A DNA stretch of 35,324 nt from a virus (Duplodnaviria > Caudoviricetes). The notes beneath the pieces were generated by a model that saw only the letters and a list, made by a program, of their open reading frames with translations, searched no databases and was not told the origin of the DNA. The stretch covers positions 1 through 35,324 of IMG/VR virus record IMGVR_UViG_3300048083_000047; one strand, given 5' to 3'. The translations under genes and the position numbers were made by a program. This document shows positions 1-7,467 of this stretch, piece after piece; positions within the stretch are counted from its first letter, which is position 1, and every line of letters starts with the position of its first letter.

Positions 1-119
1 ACCAGTCTCAAAACCCGCCGCCTGATGTGCGGCTGGAGCGACGCCTACCTCATCCAAACCCTCACCACCGACGACCGGGGGTAAATGTCTTCACCCTGCA
101 TTTCCGCCGAAGATACCCC

Positions 120-147
120 TTGACTTGATCGAGAGGTTTGGCATGAT
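120..147 (+). promoter_or_regulatory. Candidate sigma70 promoter upstream of integrase
   Basis: TTGACT (120-125), 16-nt spacer, extended -10 TGnCATGAT (139-147). Confidence 0.4.
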
Positions 148-214
148 GGCGTCCAGCAATCGAGGTCGTCGCGGGATTACCAGCCCCGCCCCAACCTCGC
201 AAAATCCCGACCCC

Positions 215-300
215 GGCGTGGAGGCGTCCACGCCCGTGCATGCGGCATCCGGAGCGTCCTGTCCAGGACCTCGGTTGCTGTTCCGGATGTCGCATGCACG
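215..300 (+). other. Two stem-loops in the integrase 5' leader
   Basis: 8-bp perfect stem 215-222/227-234; 21-bp stem 235-255/280-300 whose only non-WC pairs are G-U on the + strand. Confidence 0.6.
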
Positions 301-391
301 AGCCCGCCGCCCGATCAGGTCATGGACGGAGCCAGCCCGCACAACACGGAGGCCACTCAAAACCTGACCGGCAGTGCCGGGGGAGTTGCCG

Positions 392-1279
392 ATGAACGGG
401 GACAGACCTGTCACGATCGCCGACCTGATCGACCGCTACCTGGCGTGGGCTGTGGAGTACTACGGAGTGGGGCGGACCGAGGCGGCGAACATGCGCGACG
501 CGCTCAAGCCGCTGGCGGAACTGTCGGGGGCCAAGCCGATCGATGCCCTGGCGGCCGAGGACCTGGCGGCGGTGCAGGAGCACCTGGTCGGGCGGGGCGT
601 CTGCCGCGCGACGATCAACGCCAGGATCAACCGCATCCGCCGCGCGATGCGATGGGCCCGCAAGCCGGGCCGGCGTTGGATCAGCGCGGCGCAGCTCGAA
701 GACCTGACGCTGGTCGAGGGCTTCCGACGCGGCCGCTGCAGCGCGAAGGAGTCGCCGGGGGTGCGCTCGGTGGGGTGGGAGCTGGTCAGCGCGACGATGG
801 CGGCCGCGCCGTGGAAGCTGGCGTCGCTGATCGAGCTGCACTGGCACACGGGGATGCGTTCGAGCGAGTTGGTGCGCCTGCAGGCGACGGACATCCAGCG
901 CGACGGGGACCTGGTGATCTACCGGCCCCGGCGCCACAAGACCGAGCACTACGGCCAGGAGCGGGTGATCGTGATCGGTCCGGAGGGGGCGTCAGCCCTG
1001 CAGGCGCTGCTGCGTGCGGCCTCGGCCGCGGGCAAGACCAGGATCTGCGGCTACAGCGCCAACAGCTACCGGCAGGCGATCGTCCGCGTGAACAGACGAG
1101 CGGGACTCCGGGGCTGGACGCCGCTGCAGTTGCGGCACAGCTTCGCCACCCGGATGCGGTCGCTCAGCGGGCTGGACGTGGCCCAGTGCGCTCTGGGGCA
1201 CAGCCAGGTCAAGACCACCGAACGCTACGCGGAGCGCGACTTGAACAAGCTCAAGGACGCCGCCCGCAGACACTGTTGA
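392..1279 (+). CDS. int: Tyrosine recombinase / phage integrase (~295 aa)
   Basis: Catalytic motifs TGMRSSEL (R), HKT (K), LQLRHS (xxxR), LGHS (H), TERYA (Y); SAM-like core-binding region (ATINARINRIRR). ATG 392 follows GGAG; the ORF track start is 374. Confidence 0.93.
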   Translation: MNGDRPVTIADLIDRYLAWAVEYYGVGRTEAANMRDALKPLAELSGAKPIDALAAEDLAAVQEHLVGRGVCRATINARINRIRRAMRWARKPGRRWISAAQLEDLTLVEGFRRGRCSAKESPGVRSVGWELVSATMAAAPWKLASLIELHWHTGMRSSELVRLQATDIQRDGDLVIYRPRRHKTEHYGQERVIVIGPEGASALQALLRAASAAGKTRICGYSANSYRQAIVRVNRRAGLRGWTPLQLRHSFATRMRSLSGLDVAQCALGHSQVKTTERYAERDLNKLKDAARRHC

Positions 1280-1320
1280 CCCGCGGGGCAACTGCGACAG
1301 CGCCTTCGCCGACTTCTTCC

Positions 1321-1483
1321 GCCCCCGGAGCCGGCCGCGTCCTCTACCGAGGCGCGGTCGGCATTGCTTCCCCCACCGGAGCGGGCGCAGGATGTGCCCG
1401 CTCCGGTATTTGCCGTGTAACACCCAGCCCCGCCGGCGCGTCGCCGGCGGCGCTGGGATTTTCGTCCGTCGAAGGAGCCGAAC
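1321..1483 (+). promoter_or_regulatory. Three-hairpin leader element, copy A
   Basis: GCCCCCGGAGCCGG, then stems 1330-1362, 1375-1407 and 1423-1457, then TTTTC, SD GGAG and ATG 1484. Confidence 0.6.
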
Positions 1484-1708
1484 ATGCTCTCAACGAAAGA
1501 ACCGCGACTGATCCATCTGGTCGGGAATCTGAACACGGCCGCTCTGCGTGCGGCCATCAAGGGGGCGTACCGCTTGGCCTCCACCGACGCCGGGAAGCTG
1601 GCGCTGGCGTTCGCCATCACCGCGAATCTGGTGTTCCCGCGGTGGGGATCGGTGGACGTGAACATCCGCGGCGTGCGCCGCGAAGGACGCGCCGGGGACC
1701 GGGTGTAG
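1484..1708 (+). CDS. Hypothetical protein (74 aa)
   Basis: AAGGAG SD, ATG, coding-like codon usage. Confidence 0.6.
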   Translation: MLSTKEPRLIHLVGNLNTAALRAAIKGAYRLASTDAGKLALAFAITANLVFPRWGSVDVNIRGVRREGRAGDRV

Positions 1709-1992
1709 CGGCCCGGAGAGACGTGAATTCGTTTGACCCACCAAAGGGCCTTATCCGTGGTGTGGCCACGGGGCTAGGGCATGGTCGTTCCGACTACCTG
1801 TGCGACTCGGAACCTCTGACCCGAGGGAATGCTGGCCATCCCTGCGGGCAAAAGCGACTGCGAGCACAGAGCCAAGGCCCGCAAGAAGAGAGCGCCCGAA
1901 AGGGCAGGTTCGTGTCCCCGGCGGCGAGATCGCTCGTCCCGACGATGGCGTCGGGAACCACCAGCGCCACGACCAGCTTTGCCGCCATTTTT

Positions 1993-2156
1993 GCCCCCGG
2001 AGCCGGTCCCGTCGCCACCGCGCGGCGGGGCCGGTGTTTCTTTCGTTGGCCCCGCCGCGCTCTTGTGTTCCGGCGCGGCGGGGTTTTGCCATCGCATGGG
2101 TCGCCGCGTCGGCGCGTTGCCGGCGCGGTGGCCCTTTTCATAGCACGGAGGCCACG
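1993..2156 (+). promoter_or_regulatory. Three-hairpin leader element, copy B
   Basis: GCCCCCGGAGCCGG, then stems 2002-2035, 2048-2085 and 2098-2134, then TTTTC, SD GGAGG and ATG 2157. Confidence 0.6.
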
Positions 2157-2543
2157 ATGAGCGGAACTCCACAGCAATCGGCCTGTTCCCTAACCACCAC
2201 CGAAGTCCGCCGCAACCGAATCCAGAAAGCTGACCGGCTTACGCGCGACCGCCTCACAGCCGCCCGCGCCGACATCGCCCGCGAAGACATCGCCAGCGGC
2301 GTCTATGACGACGACGACGTCGTCGGTGAGGCCAGTCGCCGCATGGCCCAGGAGGCTGGGCGCGAGATGAACAGCGCGGAGTACCGCCGCGGATCCGCGC
2401 GGGGTATCAACGCGGACGACGACTACGCGCGCGAATTGGTACGCCTGCGGCGCATCGAACGGACTCTCGCCGCGGCCATCCTCTGGATCATCGGCCTGGG
2501 CGCTGTCGCCGGCGTGGGCCTGCTCTTTGGCGCGGCTCTCTGA
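2157..2543 (+). CDS. Membrane-anchored protein with FlgM (anti-sigma28) C-terminal-like motif (128 aa)
   Basis: GGAGG SD; RDRLTAARADIA(REDIA)SGVYDDDDVVGEASRRM resembles FlgM RxDxVxxxRxxIxSGxY; C-terminal hydrophobic helix LAAAILWIIGLGAVAGVGLLFGAAL. Confidence 0.55.
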   Translation: MSGTPQQSACSLTTTEVRRNRIQKADRLTRDRLTAARADIAREDIASGVYDDDDVVGEASRRMAQEAGREMNSAEYRRGSARGINADDDYARELVRLRRIERTLAAAILWIIGLGAVAGVGLLFGAAL

Positions 2544-2629
2544 CTGATCCCCTGGTCACCCCGCGAGCGGCGACCGGCGGCGCGTGGCCGCCGGCCCGCC
2601 GCCGCACCCCCGCACCCCGGACGCTGAAC

Positions 2630-3010
2630 ATGGTTGGCATGCACACCCTACCCACAGCCCGTCTTTCGCACCGCCGCGACTGCGCCGTCTGCGGCTCCGC
2701 GATGCCGGCGGGCTGGTGGGCCGCCGCCCTCGACGATGGCGGCCGTCTCTGCTCGTCGTCCTGCGTGGCCATCGCCCTGGGAATCGCGCCAGACGACGTG
2801 AGCGCGGACACGACCACGCCCCCCAGGTCCACGGTCGAGACCATGCTTATCCGCGCCGACGAGCTGGACCGGGAGGCCCGCTCGCTCCGCGACGAGGCGG
2901 CAGACCTCTCCCGCCACGCCTCGGCGCTGCGGCTCCAGGCCATGGACGTCAATCGCCGCTTGGGCGGGAAATGCGACGGCCGCCGGCAACTGAATCTGGC
3001 ATGCAAATGA
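2630..3010 (+). CDS. Zn-finger (CxxC...CSxxC, TRASH/MYM-like) plus coiled-coil protein
   Basis: CAVC ... LCSSSC; heptad-like C-terminus (ADELDREARSLRDEAADL). Confidence 0.65.
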   Translation: MVGMHTLPTARLSHRRDCAVCGSAMPAGWWAAALDDGGRLCSSSCVAIALGIAPDDVSADTTTPPRSTVETMLIRADELDREARSLRDEAADLSRHASALRLQAMDVNRRLGGKCDGRRQLNLACK

Positions 3011-3037
3011 CTGCCGCCTCTCAACGAAAGGAACCCC

Positions 3038-4852
3038 ATGCCCCGCAAGAAGACCTCCGCACCCGATCCCGCCGACCACGACGCCGGCCAAGCCACGGCC
3101 GTTGCCGAGCCGGACGCCGACACCCCTGACAGCACCCTGTCAGCCCCCGACCTCGCCGGCCACGCCGCGCTCCGCACCGCCGAGGTGATCGCCGCGGCCA
3201 CAACTTCCGGGGGCGGGGGCGGGGGCGGGCATGTCGAGGCCCTACCCGAGATCAAGTGGATCGCCCTGGACGACATCGCCCTGGACGTGCCCAACCACCG
3301 CCACGCCGCGCTGGCCGACGACGCGGCCACCCGCCGCCTGGCCGCGTCGATCGAGGCTGAGGGTCTGCGGCAGCCGATCCTGGTGTGCGAGCGCCCGGGC
3401 GCCGACGGCAAACAGACCGCGCCCTACGCCCTGGTGTACGGCCACCGCCGCGTGGCCGCCGTGCAAATCCTCAAGTGGCCGCGCATCCTCGCTGAAGTCC
3501 GCCCGCCCATGGGCACGGATGAGGTGTTGGTGGTGCGAGCCATCGAGAACCTGCACCGCCAGGATCTCAACGTGATGGAGCAGGTGATCGCGGTCGAGCA
3601 GCTGGATGGGCGTGGCCAGACCATCGACGAGATCAGCGGCCAGATCGGCCAGGACAAGCAGTGGGTCAGCGACCGGCTCTACCTGCGCCGCATCGTGCCG
3701 GCCGTGCGTGAGCTGGCCCTGCGTGATCTGCTCCTGATCGGTCACCTGCGCGAGCTGGCCAAGGTCGGCGACGAGGTCCAGCAGATCAAGGCGGCGCTGT
3801 GGGCCCTGGATGACCGCATCTGGCTGAGCACCCTGAAGGAACTGACGGCGGAAGTCAACCTCATCATCAAGAAGTCCGTCAACGCCGATGGCACACCGAA
3901 GGGTAACTTGAAGCGACGCTCGGTGGACGATCTGCGCAATCGCGTCCAGGAGCTGCAGCGCGACCTTGGCCGGGTGCCGTGGCAACTGGCCATGCCCTTC
4001 GCCGGCAAGCCCCTCTGCCTGGGGTGCGAATCGAACACCGCGACTGATGAAACGCTCTTCGGGAAGACCGACGGCGGCGTGGGCTTCGTGGGGCGCTGCA
4101 TGAACGCGGCGTGCTTTGAGGCCAAGAGCAAGGCGGCCGAGCAGGCCAAGGTTAAGGCCGCGGCCGCGATGGTTAAGAAGAAGGACGCGAGCATGGCCGC
4201 GGCGATCGAGGCCACGCCGGTGTGGCTGCGCCGCGAGCCGGTGCAGCGCCTGGCGCAGAAGTCGCTCAAGCCCGCTTCCGCCCCCGGAAGTGGTAAAGGC
4301 GGGGCCGGTGGTGGCGCCGGGGGCAAGAAGGGGAAGGCCGACCCGCACAAGCCGCTGCAGGACGCGATCAACGCGTGGGCCGATGCGGTGTGGCGATGGA
4401 GGCACGCCGCCGACAAAGCACTCGACCGGGCTGCCCGAAAGACGCCGGAGACGTTCGCGGCCGTCGTGCTGTTGGTTTACGGCGGGCTCCTCGACAGCAA
4501 CAAATCCTGGTACCCGGACCGTGCCGGCTATGGCCCCGCCAAGCGCCCCAAGCACCCACCGCAGACCCACCCCAAGGCGGCGGCATTCGTCAGGCTCGTC
4601 AAGGCCGGGAACCTGGCAGCCCTGGCGGCGGCGGCGGCGGCGAGCAAAACAGCATCGATCGCCCTGACGCAGAAATTGCCAGACACCGTCCGCCTGGTCG
4701 CCGCCGCCGTCGGCGTGGAGCTGCCGCCCTGCCCGACCTTCGACGACTTCGACCCGGACAAGCTGGCCTCCAAGCCGACCCCTGAACCATCTACCAACGG
4801 GGCTACCAAGCCCAGTACCAAGAAGACTACCAAGCGCCCCGCCATTACATGA
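3038..4852 (+). CDS. ParB/RepB/Spo0J-family protein with Cys cluster (604 aa)
   Basis: LAASIEAEGLRQPILV, YGHRRVAA, ENLHRQDL, HTH (TIDEISGQIGQDKQWVSDRL); CLGC...CMNAACF; SD AAGGA. Confidence 0.88.
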   Translation: MPRKKTSAPDPADHDAGQATAVAEPDADTPDSTLSAPDLAGHAALRTAEVIAAATTSGGGGGGGHVEALPEIKWIALDDIALDVPNHRHAALADDAATRRLAASIEAEGLRQPILVCERPGADGKQTAPYALVYGHRRVAAVQILKWPRILAEVRPPMGTDEVLVVRAIENLHRQDLNVMEQVIAVEQLDGRGQTIDEISGQIGQDKQWVSDRLYLRRIVPAVRELALRDLLLIGHLRELAKVGDEVQQIKAALWALDDRIWLSTLKELTAEVNLIIKKSVNADGTPKGNLKRRSVDDLRNRVQELQRDLGRVPWQLAMPFAGKPLCLGCESNTATDETLFGKTDGGVGFVGRCMNAACFEAKSKAAEQAKVKAAAAMVKKKDASMAAAIEATPVWLRREPVQRLAQKSLKPASAPGSGKGGAGGGAGGKKGKADPHKPLQDAINAWADAVWRWRHAADKALDRAARKTPETFAAVVLLVYGGLLDSNKSWYPDRAGYGPAKRPKHPPQTHPKAAAFVRLVKAGNLAALAAAAAASKTASIALTQKLPDTVRLVAAAVGVELPPCPTFDDFDPDKLASKPTPEPSTNGATKPSTKKTTKRPAIT

Positions 4853-5011
4853 AACACCCCCAGGCGTCCAGCCGCGGCGCGGAGGCGGCAGTGCGCCGAC
4901 GAATACAACCGCCGCCACCCCCACGAGCCTCTCAGCCGTGCCAGGGTGTGGCAACTGCACCGGGCCGCCATCGAGAAACTGCGAAAGGCCCTCGAACACG
5001 ACTGGTATTGA
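4853..5011 (+). other. Start-less coding frame for a sigma70 region-4 (FliA-like) HTH, in frame with ParB after its TGA
   Basis: Translates to NTPRRPAAARRRQCADEYNRRHPHEPLSRARVWQLHRAAIEKLRKALEHDWY*; GC3-biased codons; absent from the ORF track. Confidence 0.55.
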
Positions 5012-5022
5012 AAGGCGATCAG

Positions 5023-5322
5023 ATGCCGCAAGACCCCACTAAACCCACACACCAAAAGCCAAAGCCCCCGCCGCCTCCACCGCCGACACGCCGCTGCGGG
5101 TTGTGCGGGTGCTTTCAGGTTACTCATCAATTAGCCGACCGCATCGCGGACGAAGTGGTCGAACAACTGTTCCGCTGCATGGATCAGGAGTTCAACAACC
5201 TGGGTATACGCGACATCGACGGCTCGGGGACCGTGCTGCGCACCGGCGGAGGCTGGTGCCGTGACGCGGTGCGGCGTGTGGTGACCAGGACCATCCGGCA
5301 AACAACAGGAATGCTCCAATGA
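5023..5322 (+). CDS. Hypothetical protein (99 aa; Pro-rich, CxxC)
   Basis: GAAAGG SD before ATG 5023; 3' part of track ORF 4849..5322; overlaps next ATG (ATGA). Confidence 0.5.
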   Translation: MPQDPTKPTHQKPKPPPPPPPTRRCGLCGCFQVTHQLADRIADEVVEQLFRCMDQEFNNLGIRDIDGSGTVLRTGGGWCRDAVRRVVTRTIRQTTGMLQ

Positions 5323-5987
5323 GCTGGGCCAACCTCGCCGCCCTCAACGTGGTGTGCCGGCCGATCACCGTGTGGCCGGGCCGGCTGCTGCGCCCCAGCG
5401 AGCGACGCGGCGCCCCGTTCAAGGCCAAGTGGGGCACGACGGTGGCCGACCTGGCCCGCGAGCTCAGGCACCTGCAGGCCAAGCAGATCATCCTGCAGCT
5501 GGCCGTCACAGAGCACGACATCGTCAGCGACGGCACGCGGCCCTACGCCGCCGCCCTGGCCCAGCACCCGGGCGTGATCCTCACCTTCGACAGCAAAATC
5601 GGCTCGCTCAACTACTGGACCGACCGGTTCCAGGGCTGGGGGGACAACATCCGAGCGATCGCCCTGGGCATGGCCGCGGCAAGGGCCATCGAGCGATACG
5701 GCATTGTCCACAACGATGAGAACTATCGCGGATGGCGGGCTTTGCCACCCAGCAGCGGCGAGGCCGCGATCAAGACCGCGATGACGATGGATGAGGCGGC
5801 CCGCGTGTTGGCGGATGTCGGTGGCACGCACGCCACGCGCGTCCTCGCCTTCCCCGACGCCTACAAGACCGCCTATCGCGCCGCCGCCAAGTTGTGGCAC
5901 CCCGACACCGGCGGCAGCCAGGCCGACTTCGAGCGCCTGCAGGAGATCAAGCGGGTTCTGGACGCTCATCACGGGAGCCGCTCATGA
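5319..5987 (+). CDS. Phage J-domain (DnaJ-like) protein
   Basis: C-terminal YRAAAKLWHPDTGGSQADFERLQE with HPD motif; NIRAIAL...IERYG motif seen in phage J-domain proteins. Confidence 0.85.
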   Translation: MSWANLAALNVVCRPITVWPGRLLRPSERRGAPFKAKWGTTVADLARELRHLQAKQIILQLAVTEHDIVSDGTRPYAAALAQHPGVILTFDSKIGSLNYWTDRFQGWGDNIRAIALGMAAARAIERYGIVHNDENYRGWRALPPSSGEAAIKTAMTMDEAARVLADVGGTHATRVLAFPDAYKTAYRAAAKLWHPDTGGSQADFERLQEIKRVLDAHHGSRS

Positions 5988-6856
5988 GTGTGCCTATCGA
6001 CTTTGCCTCCTGGCCTCCACCTGTGATTCACGCGCGACACAGCGTATCGGCTCCCGTGGGAGCGGTGACCATACGAAAGGGGATGCGGGTGATCAAGGTC
6101 CGCGCCGACGGACCGCCACAGGGACGGTGGATGGCGCTCGCGCGGTGGTGGTGGCTGCGCAACATGGGGCCGCTGGCCCCGGGGTTGGGGGTGTATCACG
6201 TGGATCACGACCGGCTCAACGATGACCCCCACAACTACGCGGTCATGACCCCCGGAGATTACATCACCACCAAGCATCTCGATGATCCCGCCTGGTCGGA
6301 ACGGACGCACCGCGCGGCTGCGCTGGCCACGGGCGCAGCCAACCGGGATCGCTCCGCTGTCGAGCGGGCTCGACGCTATTTGCCCGCGAGCTGGTACGCC
6401 GTGGACCTGGCGCGTGGCGTCGTCATCAATCGGCCGCATCGGAAGCGCTGGATGGTGTGGGGTGTGCCGGTGGCCGGCAACGGGCGGGGAAACATGGCGC
6501 GCCTATTTGGCGTGCCCGAGGCCAAACAATCCACCGAGGCGGCGATCGTCGCGGCTCTGCCGGCGGACCGCACGGCGATCAGCGGCCGCGAACTGGGCCG
6601 GCGCGTGGACGAACTCTATGCTCGCCACGGCCTCCGCGGCCCGGCCTCGCTGTATCAATACACATGGGCCCTCCGCCGGCGCGGCTGGATTGCGGTGCGG
6701 CGCCAGGGTCAGCATGGCGCCGTTTACGCCCGCACCGGCCAGTGCCCCGAGGTGCGGCCCCCAACCCCGATCGTCGCGTGCCGAGGCGGACAAATCGAGG
6801 AGCGGTTCCCTGGGTTCACGCGGGTCGATGATGAGGTCAGGAGGGAGGTGGCGTGA
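5984..6856 (+). CDS. HNH_3-like domain plus C-terminal winged-helix-like protein (290 aa)
   Basis: PVG...IKV...W...GPLAPGLGVYHVDHDRLNDDPHNY; C-terminal SGRELG...LRRRGWIAVRR...VY; ATGA overlap with the upstream gene. Confidence 0.65.
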   Translation: MSVPIDFASWPPPVIHARHSVSAPVGAVTIRKGMRVIKVRADGPPQGRWMALARWWWLRNMGPLAPGLGVYHVDHDRLNDDPHNYAVMTPGDYITTKHLDDPAWSERTHRAAALATGAANRDRSAVERARRYLPASWYAVDLARGVVINRPHRKRWMVWGVPVAGNGRGNMARLFGVPEAKQSTEAAIVAALPADRTAISGRELGRRVDELYARHGLRGPASLYQYTWALRRRGWIAVRRQGQHGAVYARTGQCPEVRPPTPIVACRGGQIEERFPGFTRVDDEVRREVA

Positions 6857-7467
6857 GCACGGCATCCAACCGATTACCGCTGGCCGTGGCCCAGCCGCTC
6901 GCCGACCGCATTGTCGCCGAACTGGCGGGCGGGTGTGACCGCGTCGAGGTGGCCGGCAGCGTCCGCCGCCGCGCCGCCACCGTGGGCGACATCGAGGTCC
7001 TGGCCTTGCCGCTCTGGCGAGCCAACCTCCTGGGCGAACCCGGCGACGAGACGCTGCTGGACCCGATCCTCCGCCGCCTGGTCGATCGCGGCTCGCTGCG
7101 GCCGCCCACGCGGAACGGCCCCAGGTGGAAGACCTTCGAACTCAAGGCCTGGTCGGGAATCCGCCTCGACCTCTTCATCATTGACGACCCTGCGGCCTGG
7201 GGCATGAACCTGGCCATCCGCACCGGCCCGGAGAATTTCTCGCGCCGCCTGGTCACGCACGGGTGCAACGGCGGCCTCCTGCCCAATAACCTGGTCCACC
7301 GCGACGGCTTCAAGCTCTTCCGCATCCTGCCGCGCGGCGACGTGCCGCCGGGCTGCCGGTACGACCATGCCCTGGACCGCCCGCTGCAGCGCATCCCCAC
7401 CCGCGAGGAGTCGGATGTCTTCGCGGCCTACGGCATCGACCCCATCCCACCCAAGGAGCGACGATGA
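6853..7467 (+). CDS. Minimal DNA polymerase X / Pol beta-like nucleotidyltransferase
   Basis: AGSVRR...GDIEVL, RLDLF, LAIRTGP..FS, TREESDVF (thumb); lacks the 8-kDa lyase and PHP domains. Confidence 0.85.
   Translation: MSTASNRLPLAVAQPLADRIVAELAGGCDRVEVAGSVRRRAATVGDIEVLALPLWRANLLGEPGDETLLDPILRRLVDRGSLRPPTRNGPRWKTFELKAWSGIRLDLFIIDDPAAWGMNLAIRTGPENFSRRLVTHGCNGGLLPNNLVHRDGFKLFRILPRGDVPPGCRYDHALDRPLQRIPTREESDVFAAYGIDPIPPKERR

Noticed and set aside
1-120. attL or tRNA integration target
   Set aside because: No tRNA 3' end, and no direct repeat shared with the right end could be found by eye.
1893-1925. tRNA-like GCCCGAAAGGGC...GGTTCGTGTCC segment
   Set aside because: The T-stem does not pair properly and no acceptor, D or anticodon arms can be built.
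322-2160. 612-aa + strand ORF overlapping the integrase
   Set aside because: G/R/A/P-rich shadow frame of GC-rich DNA; overlaps the integrase and the hairpin leaders; no motifs.
3242-4999. 585-aa minus-strand ORF
   Set aside because: Antisense shadow of the ParB gene caused by GC3 bias.
4849-5022. N-terminal half of track ORF 4849..5322 as real protein
   Set aside because: Low-complexity translation; the overlapping frame has better codon bias and a sigma-r4 motif; a separate SD and ATG exist at 5023.
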